In this document: positions 53,085 to 64,000 of the stretch, piece by piece
Layout of the letters: every line of letters begins with the position of its first letter
Position numbering within the stretch: position 1 is the first letter of the stretch
Origin: Eledone cirrhosa
Taxonomy: Eukaryota
Direction of reading: 5' to 3'
DNA length: 64,000 bases
Assembly (NCBI GenBank): GCA_964016885.1
Contig: OZ024760.1
Location: 20,956,001-21,020,000 of the forward strand
Notes under the pieces: model-generated
The model's input: only the letters and a program-made list of their open reading frames with translations
What the model was told of the DNA's origin: nothing
Database searches by the model: none
Made by a program: the position numbers and the translations under genes

Positions 53085-53405
53085 TCATCATCATCAACGT
53101 TTAACGTCCGTGTTCCACGCTTGCATGGGTTTGGACGGGGGTATTCCCACTTGAGGCAAGAGTGATTGTCTTGCTCGCATAGGACTGTCTGGCAGGTTTT
53201 CTACAGTTGGATGCCCTTCCTAACACCAACCACATTTACAGTGTGGGTCTGGGAGGTTTTTACCGTGTTGCCTACATGGCCACATTACAGCGTGGACTGT
53301 GTGTTTTTTTGTCATGACACCTACATGATCTCATTTGTTTCGGCCTGGATGGCGTGGCACCGACATAACTTTACATAGAAGGGGGTGGTGTGGATGGGGT
53401 GGGGG
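53085..53405 (-). mobile_element. RTE 3' UTR fragment
   Basis: Matches 15361-15745. Confidence 0.85.
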
Positions 53406-54194
53406 TCAACGACTATTTATTTATTTCAAACTCACCCACAATTACGGAAATAATCGATAAAACTAAATACATGGTGCTTTACCCCTCTAATACAATATGA
53501 TTTCCTCTCTCTCTACTCCCTTTAAAATTCGATAAAACTACATACATGCTGCAACTTTCTCTTATATACGCTTAAACTTACAAACTTCCTTTAGGAACGC
53601 CGAAGAAAGAAGAGAGAGAGGAGTGAGAGAGAGAACGTTTGTTTTTGAGTGTGGAACGGTCAAACATTTATTTACTTCAATGACAAAGAGAACTTATTAC
53701 ATTTCATATGAAACAACAATTATTCAAAAGCAACAGATAAATTTATTTAACAACAAAAAAAATAGCGATAAATCTTTTTTAAAACATCTCTCAACGAACG
53801 TGGAAGAAAGAAGTATCAGTTTATTTACTACACACAATAATATCCTCTATGAGGTCACTAAACCTGCTAGAAACAGCAGCTAACTCTCCCCCATATCACA
53901 CGCCTCCCTACTGTCTTAAATTTAGAAAACACACATTAGACAACCATGCAGAACAACTCCATCGCAACTCTGTTGTTCGGCTGGCATCGTCTACGCGTGT
54001 GTTGCGCAAGTACTGTGAAACAATAAATTTCAACACTTCTTTGCACAGAGATAATACCCATAGGCGAAACTACAATTGTCACTGCTGGCGCAGCTCCTGC
54101 TTCGGCAGTCCAGGCCTGCAATTCATTCACCCAGTGCCTGGCAGACAAAAAAGTGCTGCCATAAAATGGGTGGTGCAACCTAACTTTGGTAACT

Positions 54195-54229
54195 GACTGA
54201 CCCCGAGCAACGCCGGGCTTTAATGCTAG
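54195..54229 (+). mobile_element. Helitron 3' terminus (5' boundary not determined)
   Basis: GC hairpin cccg-agcaacgc-cggg ending 8 nt upstream of the terminal CTAG, followed by T. Confidence 0.75.
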
Positions 54230-55151
54230 TATATATATGTAACACAGTAAAGAAAGACAAACAGTTATATAACTATATGTGTTCAAATCACAAGGGACAG
54301 AAACCAACAGAGTGAAGAAAATACTGACAAAAATAGTATGGTTCACAGAACTCAATTAAAAGGATAGAGATATACATTCATGTCTTTGACACAACTGAAG
54401 GGTCCTCCTGACCCTTTGTTTAGCAAGCGTTCTATGGCTGGGTGCCCTTCCAACCACTTTTCAGCATTTAAGGTGACCAACCATTGGGAAGCTATCATGT
54501 CCTTGACAAAACTGAAGTGTCCTCCCGACACTATCAACCACTTTACTTCATTGTGATTATTTATAAAGTTGATATGATGACTGGCCGAGGTGAAAAAAAT
54601 ATATGGAGTTGTAATTATTTATAAAGTTGTTATTATTATTTTTTTTAATCACATGTTATTTTAAGGGTGTAATTAGTTTTAAGGTAGTATAGTTAATATG
54701 AAGCATTGTAAGATATTAATTAACAAGAAAAAACCACAGATAAATGATAGATTAGAAATGTATGAAGAAAAAGCCACAGATAAATGATAGATTAGAAATG
54801 TATGAAGCAGATTTGCTACTATAACGACTCCATCATCGTTTAACGTCCATTTTCGACACTAGCATGGGTTAGATGGGTGACTCCACACATACATATTTCC
54901 GACACATAAACCAGGAAAGAACACACTGATTGTTTGTTGTTGTTTTTTAACCGTTTCCATTTCACATTTGAAAAGAGGGTATTAACCCTGAAGTATTATG
55001 TTGAAATATACTGGATAAAATATTGTTTTGTTTTATATGTCATCCTTTGCCCTTTATATATTTCTACCACATTGTACCGGCTTTCTGAAACTTATCAGGG
55101 AATTAGTTTTTTATTTATTTTATTTATTCATTTAAATAGTAGTAAAAATAA

Positions 55152-56045
55152 CTTAGTGGTTAGAGCATTGGATTCACTGTCATGAGGTTGTGAGTTCAAT
55201 ACCTTGTCTTTGAGCAAGACACTTTATTTCACATTGCTCCATTCAACACATCTGTAGAAATTGGTTATGATGTCACTGATGCCAAACTGTATTGGCCTTC
55301 ACCTTTCCTTTGGACAACATCAGTGGCATGGAGAGGGGTGACTGGTATGCATGGGCGACTGCAGATAGTAGCATGGAGAGGGGAGACTGGTATACATGGG
55401 CGACTGCAGATAGTAGCATGGAGAAGGGTGGCTGGTATACATGGGCGACTGCAGATAGTGGCATGGAGAAGGGTGACTGGTATACATGGGTGACTGCAGA
55501 TAGTAGCATGGAGAGGGGAGACTGGTATACATGGGCGACTGCAGATAGTAGCATGGAGAGGGGTGACTGGTATACATGGGTGACTGCAGATAGTAGCATG
55601 GAGAGGGGAGACTGGTATAGATGGGCGACTGCAGATAGTAGCATGGAGAGGGGTGACTGGTATACATGGGCGACTGCAGATAGTGGCATGGAGAGGGGTG
55701 ACTGGTATACATGGGCGACTGCAGATAGTGGCATGGAGAGGGGTGACTGGTATACATGGGCGACTGCAGATAGTGGCATGGAGAAGGGAGACTGGTATAC
55801 ATGGGCGACTGCAGATAGTAGCATGGAGAGGGGAGACTGGTATACATGGGCGACTGCAGATAGTGGCATGGAGAGGGGAGACTGGTATACATGGGCGACT
55901 GCAGATAGTAGCATGGAGAGGGGTGACTGGTATACATGGGCGACTGCTGATCTTCCATAAAGACACCTTGCCCAGGTTTGTGCTTTGGAGGGGAACCTTT
56001 TAGGTGTAAACCCCTCACTCATGACCAAAATGGGTGTAAAAACTG
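55152..56045 (+). mobile_element. CORE SINE variant containing a 45-bp minisatellite (about 14 copies, 55322-55947)
   Basis: tRNA head plus gagcaagacacttt; the related copy at 51153-51390 lacks the array. Confidence 0.88.
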
Positions 56046-56539
56046 TCAATCACCAAAGAAAAGAGAAGTTTTACCACTGAAGACTAGCTACAGACTGGTT
56101 ATAAACTAATTAGTTATATTAGAAAAATGTGTATTAACCATTGCTTGTTAATTACGGGTGGAGAGACAGAAACACAGAGAGGAAGGGTGTAGCAGTATTT
56201 ACTTTTGCATTTGTCTAAATAGTAGTAAAAATAATAGTGTTACTATAGACCAGTTAGAGACTAACCATTTAAATTAGTAACATGTGTATTAACCAATACA
56301 TGTTAATTGCGGCTGAGAAGAGAGAGAGAGAGAGAGGGGGGGGGGGGGTATTTAAAATAATAGTAAAATATATTATGAAGTATATTTAAGAACTGAAGGT
56401 TTGTTTTATACACGTATGTGTGTGGGTGGGGGGTGGGGGGTGTATATGTATATAAAACAAACCAGTCTGCTAATATGCAAATCAGGCCAATCAGTCACTG
56501 TATATTACAGAAAATATATATTTTCACCAGCTCTGACAG

Positions 56540-56620
56540 TTGGCAAGTAAGCAGTAAACCGCACTGATGAAGGGTAATTAGCCAGAAACATTAGTGTCTG
56601 CAGTTCTGTTTACATGCCAA
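56540..56620 (+). ncRNA. Type I hammerhead ribozyme, apparently intact
   Basis: gca-CTGATGA(56564)-agggtaattagcca-GAAAC(56585)-attagt-GTC(56596-98)-tgc; stem I extends aac/gtt, TA bulge, gtaagcag/ctgtttac, ttggca/tgccaa. Confidence 0.8.
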
Positions 56621-56822
56621 TACAAGAGCGAGAATCAGAGGCTCATTCTACTGACATGACTTTTCAAAGAGGTTATTTGCATAATTGCAAACAAATCGAA
56701 TAATATTATTAATATTCGAAAAAAATCATTACATTTATATATATAAGCGGACGTAAAATGAAATGATGATGAGGTATGTGTGTGTGTATATAAATATATT
56801 TGTGTGTGTGTGTGTGTATATA

Positions 56823-56853
<31 letters not shown>

Positions 56854-56915
56854 GAGAGAGGGTTGTTATAAACTAACTAGTTAAATTATTGACGTGCTTA
56901 AATACAGATGGAGAT

Positions 56916-56980
<65 letters not shown>

Positions 56981-56983
56981 TGG

Positions 56984-57355
56984 CATCATCATCGTTTAAC
57001 GTCCATTTTCCACGCTAGCATGGTTTAGACGGGTCATCCCACTTGAAGTAAGTTGGGTCAGGTGTCCGTGTCTTACAGTAGGGCTGTTTCTGGCTTGGTT
57101 TCAACAGCTGGATGCCCTTCCTAATGTCAACCACATTTACAGTGTGTGCTGGCTGCTTTTTGCCGTGGCTACTACACAACCACTTTACAGTGTGGACTGG
57201 ATGTTTTGTTCAGAGTGTAAGGATGGTGTGGGTGGTCGTATATTGGTTAAAAAGGTACCTACTAGGTGCATGCTTGAGTCTGTGCACATGGAAAGGCATG
57301 TCTTCTGTATTACTGCGTAATGCCAAAGATCTCGATTCTGTGTCATTGTCTTTGA
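56984..57355 (-). mobile_element. Older RTE 3' fragment
   Basis: Tail cgtttaacgtcc, ctggatgcccttcctaa motif and C-terminal peptide MTQNRDLWHYAVIQKT. Confidence 0.8.
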
Positions 57356-57461
57356 ATATATGTCTGTGTGTGTGTGTGTGTGTGTGTGTAAACAGAAACA
57401 ACAAAGCAAATGACACAGTACAATGAAGAATTATATTAGTTTAACGCTTGATATAGAAGTG

Positions 57462-57497
57462 TCTTAACGTTTCAGACACTAGTCTTTCATCAGAAGA
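57462..57497 (-). ncRNA. Minimal Penelope-type hammerhead motif
   Basis: Minus strand: tctt-CTGATGA-a-agac-tagt-gtct-GAAAC-GTT-aaga; palindromic AACGTT replaces stem III. Confidence 0.75.
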
Positions 57498-57561
57498 TAG
57501 AATGAGAAGAAGAATGTAAAAACATTTTTTGGAAACAAATGTGTATTCTGTCAGATACATA

Positions 57562-57609
<48 letters not shown>

Positions 57610-58014
57610 TACATATATACATATATAATTATTTAACATCCATATATAGACTATATACACATATGTGTTCGTATGTGGTAAATATGTACTCTTTAACACT
57701 TTTATTACCATATTTCTAATAAAAGATACTACCTATGATTTTCAAATCATTTTGAAAATAATCAAGAATTTAGAGGGGTTTAGAAATTAGTTAAGATTCT
57801 CAACACATATATACATAAAGGTCGTCTGCTCCAAACAAAGCTTGACCATTTTTTTCCATAATAAAATGTAATTGATCAAAAGAACATCTATTTTATTAAT
57901 ATTTATATTTTAATATTAATAACTCGGGAAAATTATTTTTGCGTAGAGTGCTTTCAATCTACTGTAAAACTCATTCTTTGACATAATCATTGAATATCGT
58001 TTTCACTTTAATAA

Positions 58015-58084
<70 letters not shown>

Positions 58085-58153
58085 ATTATGTGAGTACTCA
58101 GTGCAAGGGTAGATGCGTAGGTATAATTCCATCTCTTTCTCTCCTTATATATA

Positions 58154-58230
58154 CAGGGTGTCCCAAAAAATGTAGACAAATTTTTATTGGAATGCTGTTG
58201 AAATGTGTATACATTTTGGGGGACACCTGG
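58154..58230. mobile_element. About 77-bp Tc1/mariner-like MITE; second copy at 60835-60911
   Basis: TA-CAGGGTGTCCCAAAAAATGTA...TACATTTTGGGGGACACC(C)TG; the two copies share the core ttatt(g/a)gaatgctgttgaa. Confidence 0.8.
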
Positions 58231-58252
58231 CATACCTATCTCTGTATATATA

Positions 58253-58301
58253 TCTTGTTGATGACCCTGTGAAACGCAGGCGAAACTCCAGAGTAGCAAG
58301 A
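58253..58301 (+). ncRNA. Type I hammerhead motif lacking core C3
   Basis: tcttgt-TGATGA-c-cctgt-gaaac-gcagg-c-GAAAC-tccaga-GTA-gcaaga. Confidence 0.65.
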
Positions 58302-59130
58302 CTAACTATTTAGTCTTAATAAAATGAATATACATATATATGGTAATGAAATGGTTCCGAAATCCGCTAAAAACGAACCCCGAAACCCCTGAAGTAGTTA
58401 GCTTAGAAATTAAATTTGGTAACGAATGGGAGTGAAAGAAAAAACACAAATCCAAAATATAAACCCCCCCCCCCCCCCCCCCCCAAATAACAAATGAAAC
58501 CAGTCATAAAAACTGAATGAGATGCAGATATTTAAAGAAAGGCTGCAGAAAAAGCTAAAAATATACATTTTTGTCTTGTCTGCGTAGTAAAATGTCTAGG
58601 TTTTAGGGTGTGGGGGAAAGAAGACAGTTCCTTGAACATAGGAGGAAGAAGAGAGAAAGACGATGTTAAGAAAGGCGGGTGGATAAAGGAAGATGGAAAG
58701 ATTGAGAACTGAGTGAGAAAATACTACGATGACAGGATTAAAATAGCCGCTGTATTCTTCCAGATCTTTCTAAGACTGAGCCTTTAAATAGTCTCCAACG
58801 AGGGAAGCATGGCAAGGAATGGCAATGCATTAGTAGCATCGATTTATTTTCCGACTCACACACACCACTTGAAATATGTGATTTTAATTCAAAAACACAC
58901 AACCATATATATATATATATATAACCAAAAGTTTATATGGCTCGTTGATTATTCAACGAATTCAATTTTACAATAGATTAGAAGCACTCGACAGCAATAT
59001 TTCTTCGTTGCTTTACGTCTTCCTTCTCTAAGTTTATCATATTATTTGTGGTATAAAAATGTTGAGTGTTGGTGAAATAATTTACTACCACTACAGGAAT
59101 TGAAGATTCAAGACATTAGGGGTATGTCGT

Positions 59131-59224
59131 ATAACCAATCTCTTATATATTTTATCTGATGAAAACATACTGAAACACCATTTTACCTTTGAAATGTGTA
59201 TAATAAAATATATACTTTGGTTAT
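59131..59224 (+). ncRNA. Type I hammerhead motif related to the 52.7-kb pair
   Basis: tatatattttat-CTGATGA(59156)...GAAAT-gtgt-ATA-ataaaatatata; outer ataaccaa/ttggttat; stem II poorly paired. Confidence 0.55.
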
Positions 59225-59256
59225 GATAATATTTCTCATTTATTAATATTTTGAAC

Positions 59257-59335
<79 letters not shown>

Positions 59336-59620
59336 CGTGACACTGGTAATAACTTGTTACAAATATCAATATATATATATATAACCAAAGATTGTGTGTG
59401 TGTGTGTGTGTGTGTGTTATATGCAATGTATTCTCATGTGAAAGATAGCTAGAGGGAGGGGAGAAGGAATAATGAAAACATGCCGAATGATAAACAATGA
59501 GAAAGCAAGGCATGTATGTGTAGACAAACACACAGACAGGGATTGAGTCAAATAGATGAAGGAATCTCTCTCCCTGAAATGAAACTAATGCATACCAGGA
59601 ATAACTAGAGCGAGGTTCAG

Positions 59621-59681
<61 letters not shown>

Positions 59682-60633
59682 ATTCACACGTGTGGTGACT
59701 GGAAGGAGGTGCGTGTTTATGTATATACGTATGTATATATTTGTGTGAGTTTGTAAGGATGAATGGATGTCCGTGTATGTATATCTGGATGAATGGACGT
59801 GTGTATTATGTATGTACGAAAGTATAAGTGTGTGTGTGTATGTATGAAAGTATGGTGTGTACATATTTATGCATATGTTTGTATGCATTAAAGTATGTGT
59901 GTATGGATGGATGTAAGTGTGTGTATATGTATATGTATATATAGCGGGGTCGATGTATGGACATGTGCATGTAAGTATGAAAGTGGCATGTACGTATTTA
60001 TGCATGAAAGTGTATGTGTATGCATGAATGTGTAAATGTGTGTGACTATGAATGAATGTACATATGTAAGTACGTTTATTAAATAAAAAGAAAGAAAGGG
60101 GGAATAAGCTTTCATTGTTAAAAGGGTTACCATATTTCTCACAGTAACTGTCATAATTAATCAAACTTAACTAATCGAAATAAAATTAAACCAGTAAACT
60201 AACTCATTGATTAATAGTTAATAATAATTTAACCGTTCACAAAGCTCGTTTATTGCTAAACTTTACTAACAGCAGAAACAGACATATAGAGGGAGACGTC
60301 GACGAATGTACTGGGATCTCACACCCGTTTAACACTGGTGACCCTATTTTGACACGTTTGGTCCCAATTCTCCCACTCCCTTGTTAATTAGAAGACAGCT
60401 TCTCCGGGTCAGTCCTGACCGAGCCGGCTGGTCCTATGATCAAAGACATTCTTGTCCAGTCCACCAATACCCAAACATAATGTAGCTAGGATTACACTAC
60501 TCAAATGTGTCCTACCTTTTTATTTATTTATGTATTCATTTACTTTTGTAAAGAAGATAGCTAGCATATGATTTTGGGGGAAATTTGACTGCTATTTTTA
60601 GATGGTCCACCAACCACGTATGTTCGTAACAAG

Positions 60634-60677
<44 letters not shown>

Positions 60678-60834
60678 TTTCTGCTCTGTTTATACGCATA
60701 GAGCTTAACTAGCTACCGTCGCATATTTGGTAGGTCAGGCGTGATCATCGCGATTCACGTACGACCTACCATACATCTTGCTTATATAGATATATAAATA
60801 TATATATAAATAGATATATATATATATATATATA

Positions 60835-60911
60835 TAGGATGTCCCCCAAAAATGTATACACATATTTATTAGAATGCTGTTGAAGTGTATTTGGTGGCGG
60901 GGGACACCCTG
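60835..60911. mobile_element. Tc1/mariner-like MITE, second copy
   Basis: taggatgtccccc...gggggacaccctg-TA. Confidence 0.75.
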
Positions 60912-61224
60912 TATATATTGTGTTTAGCTCCAGGTCATCCCCGCTTGAGCAGACCTATGATCAAACATGGATATATTCTAACCGTGACCATCTCGTTTGC
61001 TTTGTATATCTAAGACTATGTTGTCTTTTTTTAAATAGTATGCATTTTATTTATTTTTATTTTTATTTTTTTAAGATGGCGGTGTTATTTGAAGGAGATT
61101 TGGCTGTTATTTTTAACAGGTTGAGTGAAGACAGACTCCCTTCCCCGTTGACTCATAACTAGCTATGTGGAAAGTAGAGTTAAGGGGCAAGTTTCTTGCT
61201 CTATTTAATAGAAAACAATATATA

Positions 61225-64000
61225 TATAACTACTTTGACAGGTTTTAGCCAGTATTGGCCCAGGCTATGTCTAACTTAATAGCACCACTTGGCGAAGTCT
61301 TTCAAATCATGATTTGGGCACCATGGCCCACTCAAGTAGAGAGTTATTGTTTACGGAGGCATATCCGAGTGTAGGAGGTTTATCCGGGATTTCTTGAAGG
61401 AATTTTTCCAAAGAGTTCTTTAACTTTATGGGGTCTGTTTCCGTTTTAATGTGTTTTGGTGTAATGTTAAAGAGAGCGGGGCCAATTGAGGTGAAATAAT
61501 TGTGCCGTATTGTTGTTATGAGATGCCAGCGAGATTTTTGTCGTGGGCAGAGAGCACGGGGACCCAAGCCTTGGGTGTACCTTAAAGGTGATGCCAACAT
61601 CATTTGGACAATGCTGATGGAATATTTTCCACATCATGCAGATAATGTAGCGTAAAGGTTGAGTTTTTCTAATCGACTCCAATAGTCAAGGCCTGTCATG
61701 CCATCTATCTTTTTTGTAATTGACCTTTGAGGTGCTTCAACTTTCATGATACTTTGTTTCGTGTGGGGAGACCGCAGTGGACAACAGTATTCAAGGTGGG
61801 GTCGAGCAAAATTGGAGAAGAGAAGGATAACAATATGGATATTTCTCGACTGGAAGGTTCTGAGAATCCAGGAACACATTCTGTGGGCCATGTCAACTTT
61901 GCTGTTTATATGAGTGGCCCAGCTTATGTTGTTGTCCACAATTACACCCAAGTCTCTGATGTTGTTGGATGTCACGAGAGTTTCACCTGAAGGAAGAGAG
62001 TATGGTAGTTTCAGGGCATCCTTTCTTCCAAAGTTGATTAACTCGAACTTATCCTCATTCAACAGTATATTGTTCTTTTCTGCCCATTGGATAACAGCCA
62101 GTAGGTCTGACTGAAGGCAAGTCCCGTCACCCACCTCATTGATGACCTTCTGGAGCTTGGAATCATCTGCGAAGATTCTTACGTTGCTGTGCTTGATGAT
62201 GTCAGTAATGTCATTAATGTAGATGAAAAGAAATGGGCCCAACACAGTGCCTTGTGGGAGGCCACTGCTGACTTTGGCAGGGCTTGATTTTACTCCTTCG
62301 ACTACAACATGTTGGGTTCTGTCTGTCAGGAAACATTTGATCCACTGTAGTAACTTTCCAGAGACACCAACATTGGATAGTTTTTTCAATAGAATCTTAT
62401 GATCAAAGGCCTTGCTGAAATCAAGGTAGATGACATCAGTGTTGGAGCCCTCTCCCAAAGCTCTCAAAACATCATCAAAGTGATGCAGAAGTTGCGTTAG
62501 GCAGTCCCTTCCATTACGGAACCCATGTTGGTTGGAGTTCAGCAGTCCGTTGCTTTCGAGAAAGTGGGTTATTCGTGATCTCACCACCCTCTCAAATACC
62601 TTGATGATATGAGAGGTGAGATTGGATGGTAGTTCACTGCAAGGGACTTGTTTCCCTTTTTGAAAACTGGGACAACAGACTGGGACAACGTTTTCAGGAA
62701 TATAGCCAGTGTCCAGTGAGTTCCTCCACAAATTAGCAAGAGGAGATGCAAGTTGGTGTCGACACCTTCAGGACACAAGCAAGGAACCCATCGGGGCCTA
62801 CTGCTGAATTGTGTTTAATTTCGTTTGTTGCTGCTAAGATATCAGGGGCGCCAAACGTTATGTCCGATATAGTGTGTTGGGGATTAACATCACTGATACA
62901 GCCCAGATCGGCCATATCAGGATTGCTGAAAACAGAGCAGTATTGTTTCTGCAGTATCTCGCTCATAGTTTGGGCATTATCTTGGAGTGTGCCATTTTCA
63001 TCAATTAGAGGGCCAACAGTGGAGACAGTGACCTCGTGTTTTTTCACAAATGAAAAGAACACTTTGGGGTTGAGTTTGATTTTCTCAATGGCCCATCTCT
63101 CCTCAGCTGTTCTTTGGTTATTGATGATGGTCTTCATGCATTGTTGGAGGTTATATTTATTTGATTCAAGCAGGGCGATAGCCGTCGAATGTGTGTGTTG
63201 CTGTTGACAGCATTTTAGTGTGTTAATTTTTTTCTTTGTTCTTTTTATTTTTCTGATAATAGTTTTTCTGTTTTGGGGGATTCTACACTTAGTTTTGTTC
63301 ACAGGTCTTAGTGGGGTGTGTTTTGCGCATATATTTGTGACAGTGTCTACAAAGATCTGCCAAGATGTTTTGATGTTGGTGAAAATGAGTGTGTGTGTAA
63401 AAGACCAGTCAACATGTGATAACTCATTCAAGATTGCATCTCAGTTGGCATGATAGAGATCCATGTTATCAAATGGGTGGGCTGGAGAGAGGTCACTAGG
63501 GTTAGCTTTCGGCTGGTGGAATCTCAGGTTACAAAGAACCATGTCATGGTCTGAAAGAAGGGTTTTTTCCACTGTAATATTATGTACAATGTCCGTGTGG
63601 TTACTAAACACTAAGTCCAAAATGTTCCTCTGATGCCTTGTTGGTGCAAGGACAAGTTGGGGCAAGAAAAACTCATTCATAAAATCGAGAAGCGACTCGA
63701 CTGCTTCTTTGTCAGTGGCTAAGGTTAGGGTGCCTGGTTTCAAACTGTTTGTAGACCAATCGACACAGGGTAGATTAAAGTCTCCCATCAAAAGTATGTT
63801 ACTAGAATGGCACTGTTGAATAAAGCACTTAAAGCTGTTGAAGCATTCTTTGAAGTGCATTATAGGTGTTTGGGGTGGCCTATAGAGCCCAACTACTCTC
63901 AGGTCATTGGCTTTGTTGTGCACAATGACTGATTCACAGTAGCCATTGGAGAATGTGATATTTCCATCTGCCGTAAAGGAATCATGCAGGGAAAATGGCA
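61225..64000 (-). mobile_element. Non-LTR retrotransposon (CR1/L2/Jockey-group LINE), 5' end beyond the window
   Basis: Collinear ORF pieces 63441-63923, 62733-63431, 61634-62731 and 61307-61603, then a short 3' UTR ending in TA repeats. Confidence 0.95.
61307..64000 (-). pseudogene. Frameshifted LINE ORF2: APE endonuclease plus reverse transcriptase
   Basis: EN motifs GLYRPP, GDFNLP, LDLVF, SDH; RT motifs QHGFR, YLDFSKAFD, SGLPQGTVLGP, FADD, DLGV, RPHLEYC; several frameshifts. Confidence 0.95.

Noticed and set aside
55265-56049. ORFs with 15-aa repeats (MERGDWYTWATADSS)
   Set aside because: This is a 45-bp array within a SINE, open on both strands.
58330-58860. Possible promoter or 5' UTR region (some CpGs, tatttaaa and tcagt on the minus strand)
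   Set aside because: TATA-Inr spacing is wrong and there is no linked exon; unsupported without TSS data.

Overview
This is animal genomic DNA that is AT-rich and saturated with repeats. The tRNA-derived CORE-type SINEs, RTE remnants with (GAT)n tails and dense TA/CA microsatellites suggest a coleoid cephalopod such as octopus (inference). Almost all ORFs in the supplied track are translations of micro- or minisatellites or of SINEs. The recognisable coding sequence is all transposon-derived: a frameshifted APE-endonuclease/RT LINE at 61.2-64 kb (minus strand, 5' end outside the window), several RTE C-terminal remnants, a hAT transposase C-terminus and a probable Tc1/mariner remnant. Also present are a Helitron 3' end, TTAA-flanked piggyBac-like MITEs, a small TA-flanked Tc1/mariner-like MITE and more than 15 minisatellite arrays, several of which arose inside TE copies. 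The most notable unannotated signal is about 13 type I hammerhead-ribozyme motifs (CUGANGA...GAAAC/U...NUH with closing stem I), read by eye on both strands. They mostly sit in short non-coding modules between (TA)n runs, and 8 lie within 51.5-59.2 kb. They include an intact-looking full motif, Penelope-type minimal motifs, a tandem retrozyme-like pair and one with a roughly 115-nt stem II. No Penelope ORF is visible. A few short unique islands may be host exons, but no host gene could be identified.
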